A stretch of DNA of 64,000 bases from a virus (lineage: Duplodnaviria > Caudoviricetes): the IMG/VR virus record IMGVR_UViG_3300037851_000671, positions 128,001-192,000 of that record; one strand, 5' to 3'. The translations under genes were made by a program, and so were the position numbers. The notes under the pieces were generated by a model that made no database searches, was not told where the DNA came from, and was given only the letters and a program-made list of their open reading frames with translations. Shown piece by piece: positions 46,857 through 56,013 of this stretch (within the stretch, counting starts at the first letter, position 1; each line of letters begins with the position of its first letter).

Positions 46857-47382
46857 CTTTCTCCAATACTGCTACAAAATCATCATACCATTTATTTACC
46901 TGACTACGGAAAGGCCACATCCAACCATATTGACCAGTAGTAAAATGATCCAACATGTTCTCTTTGAAAGATGGATTTCTCAACATTTCAACACCGTATT
47001 CTTCTGCAATACAGCGCATGGTTTCCTGGTATGCCTCCCACTCCAGTTGCGCACGGTACCAGGCCAAACCAAATGGTAATGGTATCAGTAAATATAACAA
47101 AGAATACAGAAGCATACCGTAACGTTTTTGCTGGAGGAGGTGGACCCGTTCATGTCTAAGAACCTCACTCTTCAGATTATCATGCCAAGTATACCAGGCA
47201 TCTGGCACATACATTGTACTACCAATGGTGGTGATGAAGTTAGTCATGAAATCACGATTGAAAAAAAGCAGGTATGATATGACAATCATTAACCAGCTCT
47301 TGGTTTTCTGCTCTACCTTAAATCCAGGGAACTCTTTCTGAACATCACCCAGCAAATCGTCATATGTCATAATTTCTCCCAC
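46840..47382 (-). CDS. HExxH metallopeptidase-like protein
   Basis: ITTIG, LRHERVHLLQQ, LEWEAY. Confidence 0.7.
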   Translation of the reverse strand: MGEIMTYDDLLGDVQKEFPGFKVEQKTKSWLMIVISYLLFFNRDFMTNFITTIGSTMYVPDAWYTWHDNLKSEVLRHERVHLLQQKRYGMLLYSLLYLLIPLPFGLAWYRAQLEWEAYQETMRCIAEEYGVEMLRNPSFKENMLDHFTTGQYGWMWPFRSQVNKWYDDFVAVLEKDAISK

Positions 47383-47400
47383 CTATATTTACCTAATTAT

Positions 47401-48201
47401 TCACTTCCATTTATAAATCATACTATCTACTGGGCATTTCCCAATTACATCAAAAAAGTGTTGAGATTTGGATTGTGAAATGCCTATGACATATCCAGTA
47501 CCACTGTTTGTTTTCTTCAATGACATACCAAGCTCGAAAGACTCGTTGAACAGTGAGCAAAGCATTTCTTGTTCTGTTTTAGTAAACGATTGTGACGACA
47601 TGGTTATTGTAATCTGTTTTGTTTTTGACTCCTTTCTCCTGTGAGATGACGATCCGTCATCAAGAAACCAATGAAGAAGTGTGGTGGTTGTAACACACAC
47701 GTTATTTGGAACAACCTTCTTACCAGCCGGATACCAATCTTTGTATAGAGCGTCAAGATTTTCATTGGCAAAAGATGATAGTTTGTGATATGTAAAAGAC
47801 TTGCCATTGATGATGTTTGTGTCATCAACAATCCTGTCAGAAACATTGCAATCAAATAATTGATTAGCTACGAACTCAACATGATCGTAGTTTTTGTTTT
47901 TCTTGTAGAAATATGGCATGCTTAGCTGACTGCGCGGGTTAGACTTTTTCAACCCACCATCACCAAGCAAACAGCCATGCAACACCTCAAGGTTCAGACG
48001 AAACCCATCTGAACGTTTGTGTGTCTGCGCTTTACTTCTATTTCTAATCGGTATGCTGAATCGGGCAAGCGCTTGACGAACGGAGTTACCAGTCGGAGCA
48101 CCTATAGACCTTGCGATGTCTAGTGTGCTCCGACCATTGTCTAGGTACTCACGGACAAGCCAGTCCCGATCATTTAAGCAAGCGTATTTTCTTGACTCCA
48201 T
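47401..48201 (-). mobile_element. Free-standing LAGLIDADG homing endonuclease
   Basis: LHGCLLGDGG and LLHWFLDDGS helices, SQSFT..E. Confidence 0.85.
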
Positions 48202-48230
48202 GCCTAAATGGCATGGTATTAGTATACGGA

Positions 48231-49757
48231 CTATACAATCTCAAGAAGGTAACGTATTCCAGACTGGTTGTTTGAATCATTGAAATCATATGTAATCATT
48301 TCATCATTCCTCAATGTCCCACCATTCATATCGGAGCCGGCTTTTCCGTACACTGAATGGTATCCGTTTGGAGGACATTTGAAAAACTGAGATCTGTTAG
48401 ATTTGTGTTGCTTACCCATAGACACATCAAGCAGAAACATGAAACGAGATGAAATTGAACGGTTTCCACCTGTCCAATAACCTCCGTCGCAATAGTTTAG
48501 AGATTTTGTTGACTGCCAAGCAAAATATTTTCCATCACCAAACAAAGATCCAGTGTATACAGCTCCAGTGGGACGAATCATCAGACCGCGCCTGGTGATA
48601 CCAACCAGATTGGCGCTCCTGGTACCGTGCCAGCAAAGCCAGACATTGGCATCGTTGTAGAGCTTGACCAGTGGCTTATCCAAATCTGGACGCTTCTCAG
48701 GAACCCAAAGCTTGCTCTTGTCATGAGAAAGACTCTCGGTTTCGCTGGCAAACGTATGCCTCCCGTTTTCCTTACCAATACGCTCTGTGGTTTTGATGAA
48801 GGCGGCTTCTTTGGCATCCTTGCGCTTCATTGACCAGATGCGAGCTACTTTATTGGCGTCGTATCCATGGCCACGAACCTTGGTGTCATTGAAATAGCCA
48901 GACAAGAACTTGAACAGGTCGGAAGTGGGATCGACAGTATCAAAGTCACAGTTGAGACTGAGATACTTGTCATCAGAGCTGGAGTCCGCCTTGAGCACAG
49001 CGTTGACTTGCTTGGCGTCAAGTAGGGTATCCAGGTCCCCTTCTTTGGCAACGATCTTGTCCAGAGTATCCAGCAACAAATGACTCATCTGACCACGCGC
49101 GCCGGCCCCTAGATTGTGGGGAATGGTAGCGTAGAAAGTATTGGTCAGTGCAAGGATCTCTTTTGTATCGTCAGAAGACAACCTTTTGTTGCCATTGACA
49201 ATTACCTTGGCTTTATCCAGGGCTTCACGTCCCTTATCAATCTGCTCGTTTGAGAGCTGACCCAAAGGGCATTTTAGAGTCTGTGCAACGAAATTGGCCT
49301 GAGCACCGAAGAAGATATCTACAATGCGGCGCTGACCTTCGTTGAGTGAGCTTTTGGGTGCTGCATCCAAGTGTTCGGCATTCTTGAATACCACTGGCTT
49401 GGTAATCTGCTTTGCACCATCGCTACCAATAGCACGCTGGGCAACATCAATTCTCGTGTACCCTTTCTTTTCCTTGCTCTTGATGATCTTGTCCATTTCT
49501 TTCTTGGCTTCATCAAAACTGGAAAAACAGCGATACTCACGAGCTTGGACCTTACCAGTGGGGCCATACATCGTGAAGAGCTGAGCACGCCCACCGTTCT
49601 TTTCTACCTGCAACTCGGCATGATAGAACTTATTACTAGTACCTTTGGTGTTTGCCTTCTCGCCGGTCATGTCGAAGAAATTGAGTTCAACAACCTCTTT
49701 GACATCATATGAACCCTCATGAAGGATTGGGGTGTTCTGGCACTTTGCGGCAGCCAT
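48231..49757 (-). CDS. PARP1-like poly(ADP-ribose) polymerase (WGR, regulatory and catalytic domains)
   Basis: SNKFYHAEL..YGPTG; PLGQLSNEQI..NTFYATIPH; WHGT, FGDGKYFA, KSLNY, NDEMITYD (H-Y-E triad). Confidence 0.9.
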   Translation of the reverse strand: MAAAKCQNTPILHEGSYDVKEVVELNFFDMTGEKANTKGTSNKFYHAELQVEKNGGRAQLFTMYGPTGKVQAREYRCFSSFDEAKKEMDKIIKSKEKKGYTRIDVAQRAIGSDGAKQITKPVVFKNAEHLDAAPKSSLNEGQRRIVDIFFGAQANFVAQTLKCPLGQLSNEQIDKGREALDKAKVIVNGNKRLSSDDTKEILALTNTFYATIPHNLGAGARGQMSHLLLDTLDKIVAKEGDLDTLLDAKQVNAVLKADSSSDDKYLSLNCDFDTVDPTSDLFKFLSGYFNDTKVRGHGYDANKVARIWSMKRKDAKEAAFIKTTERIGKENGRHTFASETESLSHDKSKLWVPEKRPDLDKPLVKLYNDANVWLCWHGTRSANLVGITRRGLMIRPTGAVYTGSLFGDGKYFAWQSTKSLNYCDGGYWTGGNRSISSRFMFLLDVSMGKQHKSNRSQFFKCPPNGYHSVYGKAGSDMNGGTLRNDEMITYDFNDSNNQSGIRYLLEIV

Positions 49758-49773
49758 TGGTTAGTTGACCTTT

Positions 49774-50001
49774 CTATGCTTTGGCAAACACTTGCCTATT
49801 GATCCAGAGGATCTGATCAAATTTCATCTGGTAAGAACAAGTATCGCACTTGTAAGATTTAATCTTGCTCGGTATGAATGGCATTTTACAGGCCGGACAG
49901 GCGGCGAGCATAGAACCCTCTTTAGACATCCTAACAAGCTCTATCCCAACCTTTTGTAATTGATCTGCGTTATCTGTCATCAACAATGGATATACCATCA
50001 T
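49774..50001 (-). CDS. Small zinc-finger protein
   Basis: CPAC...CDTC. Confidence 0.6.
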   Translation of the reverse strand: MMVYPLLMTDNADQLQKVGIELVRMSKEGSMLAACPACKMPFIPSKIKSYKCDTCSYQMKFDQILWINRQVFAKA

Positions 50002-50011
50002 ATAGAACCGA

Positions 50012-50017
50012 ATATTC
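50012..50017 (+). promoter_or_regulatory. ATATTC candidate late promoter
   Basis: 12 nt before ATG 50030. Confidence 0.55.
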
Positions 50018-50029
50018 CGGAATTAGCGT

Positions 50030-50998
50030 ATGGACAGAGAATTCAGAATAGCTGCCTTTAACCAACTGCGAAAGAATGCCGCAGATCCTATACCTTCATC
50101 CAACTCATTCGCGGAGACGGACTGGTCTGCTGTCGATTGGTCGAAAGCCGGAATCCTCGGAGATAAGATCCGTCAACAATTCGCAGACAACAAGTTCAAG
50201 TACAGTGGGGCTGGAATCGGGCTGAGTGTACCGAACACGCAAGTAATCTGGCCAGGACCACAGTGTATCCATCCTGACGGCTCTGTCAATATCCTTTTCT
50301 TCTTTCGTGGAGGAGGAGCGGACGTAATGAGCAAATCTTCGACCAATGCAATAGTAGTGATGGCAGATGCTGGAGGTATTGGTGGAGGAGCTAGTGCTAA
50401 TCAATTCGGAAATGCTTCATTCGTAAATAGTTCAGTGCAATCAATCATAGCTCAACTAAAGAACAAATTTCCAGACAAGAATATTCATCTCGGTCATCTT
50501 GGTTTCACTGGCTGGTCTGGAGGCTACGCGCCCATTGGAAGAATACTATCCTCTGGAGGTCTAGTGAAACAACCAGATCACGTCAGTGTTCTTGACGGCA
50601 TTCATGAAGGGGATCTTCACAAACCAAATGGGGCATCACTAGACAAGCAATGGAAAGGTATCATTGACGCAGCAAAAGACGGCAAAACAGAATTCACGTT
50701 TGTACACACAGCGGTGAACCCTGGATCTTATGCAAGCACAACTGATGCGGCCAATTACTTCCTGGCACACAACAATATGTCACGCCAACCAGTTGAACAA
50801 TGGGATGGCAAAGGTAAAAAACCGGATTCAATAGCTTCGGCTGGTAACTTCAAAGTGGTGCAACTGTACTCTGAAGAACAGCCTTATATGGTCAAAGACC
50901 CTTCGGGGCAAAACAAACCTAACATACCTGGAACTGCCGGTTATCAGCACATACAGGCTAGAAACTCTGCCCCGGACTATCTTCCTAACTGGGCTTAA
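50030..50998 (+). CDS. Alpha/beta-hydrolase-fold protein
   Basis: Nucleophile elbow GWSGG, VLDGIH, late His (GYQH). Confidence 0.7.
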   Translation: MDREFRIAAFNQLRKNAADPIPSSNSFAETDWSAVDWSKAGILGDKIRQQFADNKFKYSGAGIGLSVPNTQVIWPGPQCIHPDGSVNILFFFRGGGADVMSKSSTNAIVVMADAGGIGGGASANQFGNASFVNSSVQSIIAQLKNKFPDKNIHLGHLGFTGWSGGYAPIGRILSSGGLVKQPDHVSVLDGIHEGDLHKPNGASLDKQWKGIIDAAKDGKTEFTFVHTAVNPGSYASTTDAANYFLAHNNMSRQPVEQWDGKGKKPDSIASAGNFKVVQLYSEEQPYMVKDPSGQNKPNIPGTAGYQHIQARNSAPDYLPNWA

Positions 50999-51204
50999 TT
51001 AGGTAGGTCATCGTTATCTGGGATGTGTTCGCTTGAGACTGCATGAATCTCAACATCCAAATCATCGTTGATAAATTCACAAGTAATCTCTCCCTCAAAG
51101 TCTTCGGGTAGATCCCTGACCATTATTGCCCATGCGATAGTAGCTAAAGCCTCATCCCTAGTAAGGGTCTTTTTAAGTATTGACATCTCATAGGGATATA
51201 TCAA
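50995..51204 (-). CDS. Hypothetical protein
   Basis: 69-aa ORF. Confidence 0.6.
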   Translation of the reverse strand: MIYPYEMSILKKTLTRDEALATIAWAIMVRDLPEDFEGEITCEFINDDLDVEIHAVSSEHIPDNDDLPN

Positions 51205-51836
51205 CCTCGTTTTAGCGATTCTATAATTGCTTGCGCTGCCATTTCACCATTTTCGTAGTCATTCAAGTTGAAAAGTGTTGGCCGCATGAAGCCGCTCATT
51301 CTGGCAGCTTCCACGTTCTCTGGCCTGTCATCAAAGAACGGAACGTCAGTCCAGCCGTGAGACAGGAAGAAACTCTGAAAATACAACGCCTGAGGTTTCC
51401 TAGCTCCAACCTCACATGAAAAATGACGTATGCAATCCGAGAATTCAGGAATCATATGCATCAGCAAACTAGCATGATCTGTTCCAACGTTGGACAACAA
51501 ACAGACCACAGTACCGTCTGATATCAAAGATTCAACCATGTTTATCATTGGTTGACATGGCTTTACTGTGTTCAACCAAGCCTGTTGAATAGTGAGTATG
51601 TCAGATTCAGATGCATGTGGTATGGCAGTCAAAATGCACTGCTTCATATTCACAAGTCCCATATCCTGGCTGGCTTGTATGGAGGAAAGCCAATCGTAGG
51701 CGTGCAATATAGTAGGCCACCTGCTCGGATACTGTTTTACAATGGTAACCAAGAACGAATCAATGTCAACATAACACAGTACATTACCAATATCAAAGGC
51801 AACAACTTTAGCTGAGAATTTCTTCGAGGTATTCAT
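51201..51836 (-). CDS. HAD-family hydrolase (YihX-like)
   Basis: FDIGNV, LSN, FSCEVGARKP, FFDDRPENV. Confidence 0.85.
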   Translation of the reverse strand: MNTSKKFSAKVVAFDIGNVLCYVDIDSFLVTIVKQYPSRWPTILHAYDWLSSIQASQDMGLVNMKQCILTAIPHASESDILTIQQAWLNTVKPCQPMINMVESLISDGTVVCLLSNVGTDHASLLMHMIPEFSDCIRHFSCEVGARKPQALYFQSFFLSHGWTDVPFFDDRPENVEAARMSGFMRPTLFNLNDYENGEMAAQAIIESLKRG

Positions 51837-52629
51837 GTAACAATTTTCCTTTTTCAACAACCAATGGCTTGGTGGTTGTTTCTTCCGATTTATCTCTTAT
51901 CCATTTTATTGATTTTGAACTTCCAAAATCAACACCAATTTTAAATCTCTCAACCAATAGACCATTAAGCATTGTCTCGATATCTGGTGATGATCTGGTT
52001 ATCATAGGCACCATGCCACTTGAAACAATATCAGCAACGAAACTAGTTTCACCAGTTGTCAATCTCTCGTTGCTTTTCAGGACAAGGTCATCGAAAACAG
52101 GATCGGGAGAAGAGTAACATAGCTGTGTATTGTTTGTCTCTGTGTATGGTGTAACCAGATCGTATCCATCTTCCAATCCAATGAATGAATAGACAAAATA
52201 CCTATCAGCTTTAGGAAGTTTGCTAAGTAGTGTTTTTTGAGAGCGAAAGATTGGCTGGCTAACGCTTTTCAACAGAAACAATGGACTACAGTATATCAAA
52301 GGCTTGCCAAGTATAGCCGCCATATTTGCTGAGAAGAACTCAACATCACTGATGACAATGTCTGGATCCCAATCTATGATGTCGTCAATTATGAACTTTG
52401 ACAGTTTCTCTGATACGGATGGTGAAAAGAGTCCAAAGTTTTTTCTGAAAAACCCACCAGTCTTAACGTCAAAGACAGGATCTAGCGCCCAATCTATCCA
52501 CTGGATATATTTGGAGCGCCTATAGAAAGCCAGTATCTTGACATCGTGTTGGTGTTTGATGTGTGGAAGAAATCTCCCACCAAAGATATCAGACCCAGGT
52601 CTATCATTGATCCCTAGAAGTATCTTCAT
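51808..52629 (-). CDS. Divergent GT-B glycosyltransferase-like protein
   Basis: MKILLGI, WDPDIVISDVEF, GKPLI pattern. Confidence 0.55.
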   Translation of the reverse strand: MKILLGINDRPGSDIFGGRFLPHIKHQHDVKILAFYRRSKYIQWIDWALDPVFDVKTGGFFRKNFGLFSPSVSEKLSKFIIDDIIDWDPDIVISDVEFFSANMAAILGKPLIYCSPLFLLKSVSQPIFRSQKTLLSKLPKADRYFVYSFIGLEDGYDLVTPYTETNNTQLCYSSPDPVFDDLVLKSNERLTTGETSFVADIVSSGMVPMITRSSPDIETMLNGLLVERFKIGVDFGSSKSIKWIRDKSEETTTKPLVVEKGKLLHEYLEEILS

Positions 52630-52633
52630 GTCA

Positions 52634-53278
52634 TCAATAACAATCAGAGAACTTTTCTTGAATCAAAGGCTTGAAAACCTCAATGATTTTCTCGAACAGG
52701 TCTTTGGTCATTTTCACGTCACCATCAGCTCTGTGTGCTTGAGCTTTTGTGATTCCAAATGACTTCACCAGAGAACCAAGGTTGTATCGTCCGCGATGTT
52801 TACCAGTGCATACATCTATGATTCTTACAAGGTCTATCGTATCCAATATCATAGATACGTTTCTCTTGGTTCCATCCTGATTATCTATCCAATAGCCAAA
52901 TGGGAAATTGTCTATATCGCCAGAACGTTCCCAGAGTTTCAATAGGAATGAATGATCGAATTCTGGATTTTGTCCGATGAATATTCTATCTTCGGCGGCG
53001 GCACCATCGGCCATGAGCCACATCTCTATGTCTGGAAGAACCTGAGATGGATGGAGATATTTCTCTTTGCCTGCGGCTGTTTTGTGTAGGATGTCTTCTT
53101 TCTTGTGTCCGTTGATTTGAAGGGCTTTATCTTCAATGTTAGCGGCACTTAGTGGTGATAGACACCATGTCTTGCTTTCTGGATCGCCTATACGCCAGAA
53201 GCAGACCTCAATTATGTCATGCTTGTTAGGGTCAGTGCCTGTAGTTTCTGTGTCAATGACGTACTCTACATAGCTCAT
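52634..53278 (-). CDS. DEDDh 3'-5' exonuclease (second paralogue)
   Basis: DTETTG, GQNPEFD, AHRADGD. Confidence 0.9.
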   Translation of the reverse strand: MSYVEYVIDTETTGTDPNKHDIIEVCFWRIGDPESKTWCLSPLSAANIEDKALQINGHKKEDILHKTAAGKEKYLHPSQVLPDIEMWLMADGAAAEDRIFIGQNPEFDHSFLLKLWERSGDIDNFPFGYWIDNQDGTKRNVSMILDTIDLVRIIDVCTGKHRGRYNLGSLVKSFGITKAQAHRADGDVKMTKDLFEKIIEVFKPLIQEKFSDCY

Positions 53279-53293
53279 GTGTTTAGGCTCCTG

Positions 53294-53482
53294 TTAATCG
53301 GTGGAGCCCTCCCACCCTGATGTCTCGACTGCTTTTTCCTGCGGGGATAGCCTATCAAAATACAGAAGGAACATGGCACATGTATTGCTCTCTACAGGAA
53401 TCTCTACAACTGATTTGTACTCATTCTCAAAAATCAAGAAAGATTTTCCGCTTACTATCTTTGTGCCTTTGAATAATATCAT
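53294..53482 (-). CDS. Hypothetical protein
   Basis: ATG 53482 after GGAG. Confidence 0.6.
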   Translation of the reverse strand: MILFKGTKIVSGKSFLIFENEYKSVVEIPVESNTCAMFLLYFDRLSPQEKAVETSGWEGSTD

Positions 53483-53484
53483 TT

Positions 53485-53859
53485 TTACTCCTTTGTTATC
53501 TTGTCTGCGATATTCCTTTTGAATTCTGCTATCGAGCGCCATCCAACTCTAAATCCTTCAAGCAAAAAAGACATACCTACAGATGTTTTCATGAAGTCTT
53601 TTTCTTTTGATGTAAACCTTGAGCCCTTTATATTGAGTAGTATTTTGTTATCGTTATCAAGAACATTCCAATCTTCAAGAGCGCCGCCTTTTTCTACTGG
53701 AACGCGTTTGATTCTTAGGACTTTTCCTGGCTTGTTATCATCGTCGTTGAACAGTTCGGTATCATGCTTTGATAATGAGTTACCAACCTTACCAGCAGAG
53801 CTTCCCTCGTCATATACAAACTCATCATTTTCAACAATGTATTTCTCGTAATTCTTCAT
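53485..53859 (-). CDS. Hypothetical protein
   Basis: 124-aa ORF. Confidence 0.65.
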   Translation of the reverse strand: MKNYEKYIVENDEFVYDEGSSAGKVGNSLSKHDTELFNDDDNKPGKVLRIKRVPVEKGGALEDWNVLDNDNKILLNIKGSRFTSKEKDFMKTSVGMSFLLEGFRVGWRSIAEFKRNIADKITKE

Positions 53860-55109
53860 TTCAAGGCTCCATCTACAGCTAACACTCCCATAATACCGGC
53901 AGCAGCAATACCCTTTATACCGGCGCTTTCACCAGCTACGAACAAACCTTCAACTTCAGTTTCCAAATTAGATGCTATGTTTATCTTGGTGGTGTTCGTA
54001 TCCACATCAGGTACATGGAAATAACCACGGGCAGATAGATTTGGAATGAATGTGTTGATTATCTCAACAGCCTCTGGCAGCCAAGCGTACTCTGGAAGAA
54101 GAGATATCTGATCTGTTTTCTTCAAGAAGCTTTTCAATTTTTCTCTGCCAACCCTATCTCCAGACAGCAGATATGACAGTTTAGCTATTCTATCTGTTTG
54201 CTGCCATCCCTCCCCATCTTGTTTGATTTTCTTTTTGATAGAGAAGAACGCCTTATCTGTTTTCCATCTATCTTCATTTGACCTGAATGATGCGATTGTA
54301 ACATCAGCATGGTCCTCTTGAATTATAGAACCAAACCAATTTATAGGCCCAACAGATAGACCATCAGAGACAAACGAACAATGTGACTTGTTGAACTCTT
54401 TGAGAGTAGAGGCTGGTAATTCTGCTCTGATTCCGTATGAGGTATAATCGTTCTCAAGCAGTATTCCAAAACTTGAGTACAGTTTGTTGACCCATCTCCA
54501 TCCACTTCTTCCAACACAAAGAATGAGTTTCTTGCAGGAAAAATCACCTTGTGACGTGACAACCTTGAATGATTTGCCAGTCTTCAAAATAGTGAAAACA
54601 TCGGTATCAAACGACAACACGATGTTTCCGGCTTCCTCAATCTTGTCAGCAGAAATCTTTGACAACTGGTGAATCATCTCAGGAGACCACTGTTGATATG
54701 TGTGGTGTATGAAAGAGAAACCCTCTTCTTCGGCTTTTTTCTTGACTGTCTGGTTTGGCAGCTTTGTCTTGATCAGTTTGTCTGTATTGATCTCCTCTAT
54801 CTGTGACGAGAAGAACTTGGTTGCCATCTTGACCTTGCGACCATCAGCAACCTCAAGAACCTTGTTGGCATCTTCCTCAACATAAACCTTTCCATCTCCG
54901 GTAGGAAAACAGCCAAACCAACCTTCAAGTTGGCGGCGTCTACGTTTGATGTGAATCGGATCTTGACGTAAGCAGTTTGGAGGAGGTGGACCAAACTCGA
55001 ATACAATGCTTTTTAAGTTTTTGTGTTTCTCTGCCAGTCTCAGAGCAGCAAAAACACCAGATACCCCCGCGCCGATTATACCAATATCATAAGTTGAAGC
55101 TGTTGTCAT
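53856..55109 (-). CDS. FAD-dependent oxidoreductase (uncharacterised flavoprotein family)
   Basis: IIGAGVSG, GDGK, LCVGRSG, LFVAGESAG..GI..A. Confidence 0.8.
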   Translation of the reverse strand: MTTASTYDIGIIGAGVSGVFAALRLAEKHKNLKSIVFEFGPPPPNCLRQDPIHIKRRRRQLEGWFGCFPTGDGKVYVEEDANKVLEVADGRKVKMATKFFSSQIEEINTDKLIKTKLPNQTVKKKAEEEGFSFIHHTYQQWSPEMIHQLSKISADKIEEAGNIVLSFDTDVFTILKTGKSFKVVTSQGDFSCKKLILCVGRSGWRWVNKLYSSFGILLENDYTSYGIRAELPASTLKEFNKSHCSFVSDGLSVGPINWFGSIIQEDHADVTIASFRSNEDRWKTDKAFFSIKKKIKQDGEGWQQTDRIAKLSYLLSGDRVGREKLKSFLKKTDQISLLPEYAWLPEAVEIINTFIPNLSARGYFHVPDVDTNTTKINIASNLETEVEGLFVAGESAGIKGIAAAGIMGVLAVDGALK

Positions 55110-55161
55110 ATTGTCCTGTGTAAGATTTAACAGCTTTGATATAACGAACATTGGACGGCTT

Positions 55162-55193
55162 AAAAGAAAAAAGCCAAGAGGTTATCTTGGCTT
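55162..55193 (-). terminator. Terminator after tRNA-Ser trio
   Basis: AAGCCAAG/CTTGGCTT stem, T-rich tail on minus strand. Confidence 0.8.
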
Positions 55194-55197
55194 AGGG

Positions 55198-55286
55198 CGG
55201 AAGTGGCAGGATTTGAACCTGCGGTGGGCTGTTAACCACACGACTGTTTAGCAAACAGTTACAATAAGCCGCTCTGACACACTTCC
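55198..55286 (-). tRNA. tRNA-Ser(GCU)
   Basis: GGAAGTG/CACTTCC, ACTGT-TTGCTAA-ACAGT, long variable arm, GCAGG-TTCAAAT-CCTGC. Confidence 0.92.
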
Positions 55287-55299
55287 ATATGAAAATTTG

Positions 55300-55385
55300 C
55301 GGAAGAAGAAGGAGTCAAACCTTCAAGACCTTTTGGGTTCGCCGGAGTTCGAAGCCGGTGCCATCATCTATTGGCTTGTTCTTCC
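55300..55385 (-). tRNA. tRNA-Ser(CGA), non-canonical
   Basis: GGAAGAA/TTCTTCC, CCGG(C)-TTCGAAC-(T)CCGG, T-loop TTTGACT, C8, no D-loop GG. Confidence 0.75.
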
Positions 55386-55391
55386 AATCAG

Positions 55392-55479
55392 CGGAAGGTT
55401 GCGATCCCGCCTCGCAGTCCATTTATTTGGACCCTTCAAGTTTCCAACTTGAGCTGGTGCCTTGCCCAGTTAACCTTCC
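55392..55479 (-). tRNA. tRNA-Ser(GGA) with atypical T-loop
   Basis: GGAAGGT/ACCTTCC, TCAAG-TTGGAAA-CTTGA, TGCGA-GGCGGGA-TCGCA. Confidence 0.75.
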
Positions 55480-55494
55480 ATTCTATATGCTGCA

Positions 55495-55920
55495 TTATTC
55501 CAACATCCAGTGAATTGTCATCTCTGCCAATTCTTCTACTGTTCTTGCTGGGTATAGCTGATGCTCATGAAACATCAACCATTCTAGATACTCATTATCT
55601 TTAGACTCCTCTATACCTAGAAATATTCTCTCTGTTGTAAGCCAACGTCCAAAATCAACATAATCATGACGATTTGTGTAGTTTTTTGGGAACCAGAAAA
55701 CAATACAGGTACTGAGGGCCATAGCCTCTCGTTCCCAAAGATAATGCTCTGGTTTTCTATCGGAGATAAAAAGTGTCAGTGTTACTTTTCTTTTGGAACA
55801 GTAGGAGCGGAATTTATTTACCCATCCTGTATTAGGTCCGGCTAAAAATATACTTCCAAGTCCATTACTGTAAATTGACTCAGAAATCTCACTGCCTGCA
55901 ATACAATCTCTGATGGTCAT
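55495..55920 (-). CDS. Nucleoside 2-deoxyribosyltransferase-like protein
   Basis: IFLAG, WEREAM..STCIVFWFP, VDFGRW, IFLG. Confidence 0.7.
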   Translation of the reverse strand: MTIRDCIAGSEISESIYSNGLGSIFLAGPNTGWVNKFRSYCSKRKVTLTLFISDRKPEHYLWEREAMALSTCIVFWFPKNYTNRHDYVDFGRWLTTERIFLGIEESKDNEYLEWLMFHEHQLYPARTVEELAEMTIHWMLE

Positions 55921-55938
55921 TGAGAAACCCAAATTGGT

Positions 55939-55969
55939 AAAGGGAGCTAGATTGTAATCCGGCTCCCTT
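55939..55969 (-). terminator. Probable terminator
   Basis: AAGGGAGC/GCTCCCTT stem downstream of coiled-coil gene. Confidence 0.6.
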
Positions 55970-56013
55970 CGGTTTCTCGACTTGTTGCTTCGGTTGAGAA
56001 GCTATTTGAAAGC

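Noticed and set aside
47383-47400. Duplicated PARP 3' fragment after the LAGLIDADG gene
   Set aside because: No frame reproduces the PARP C-terminus, so this element does not show the stub pattern.
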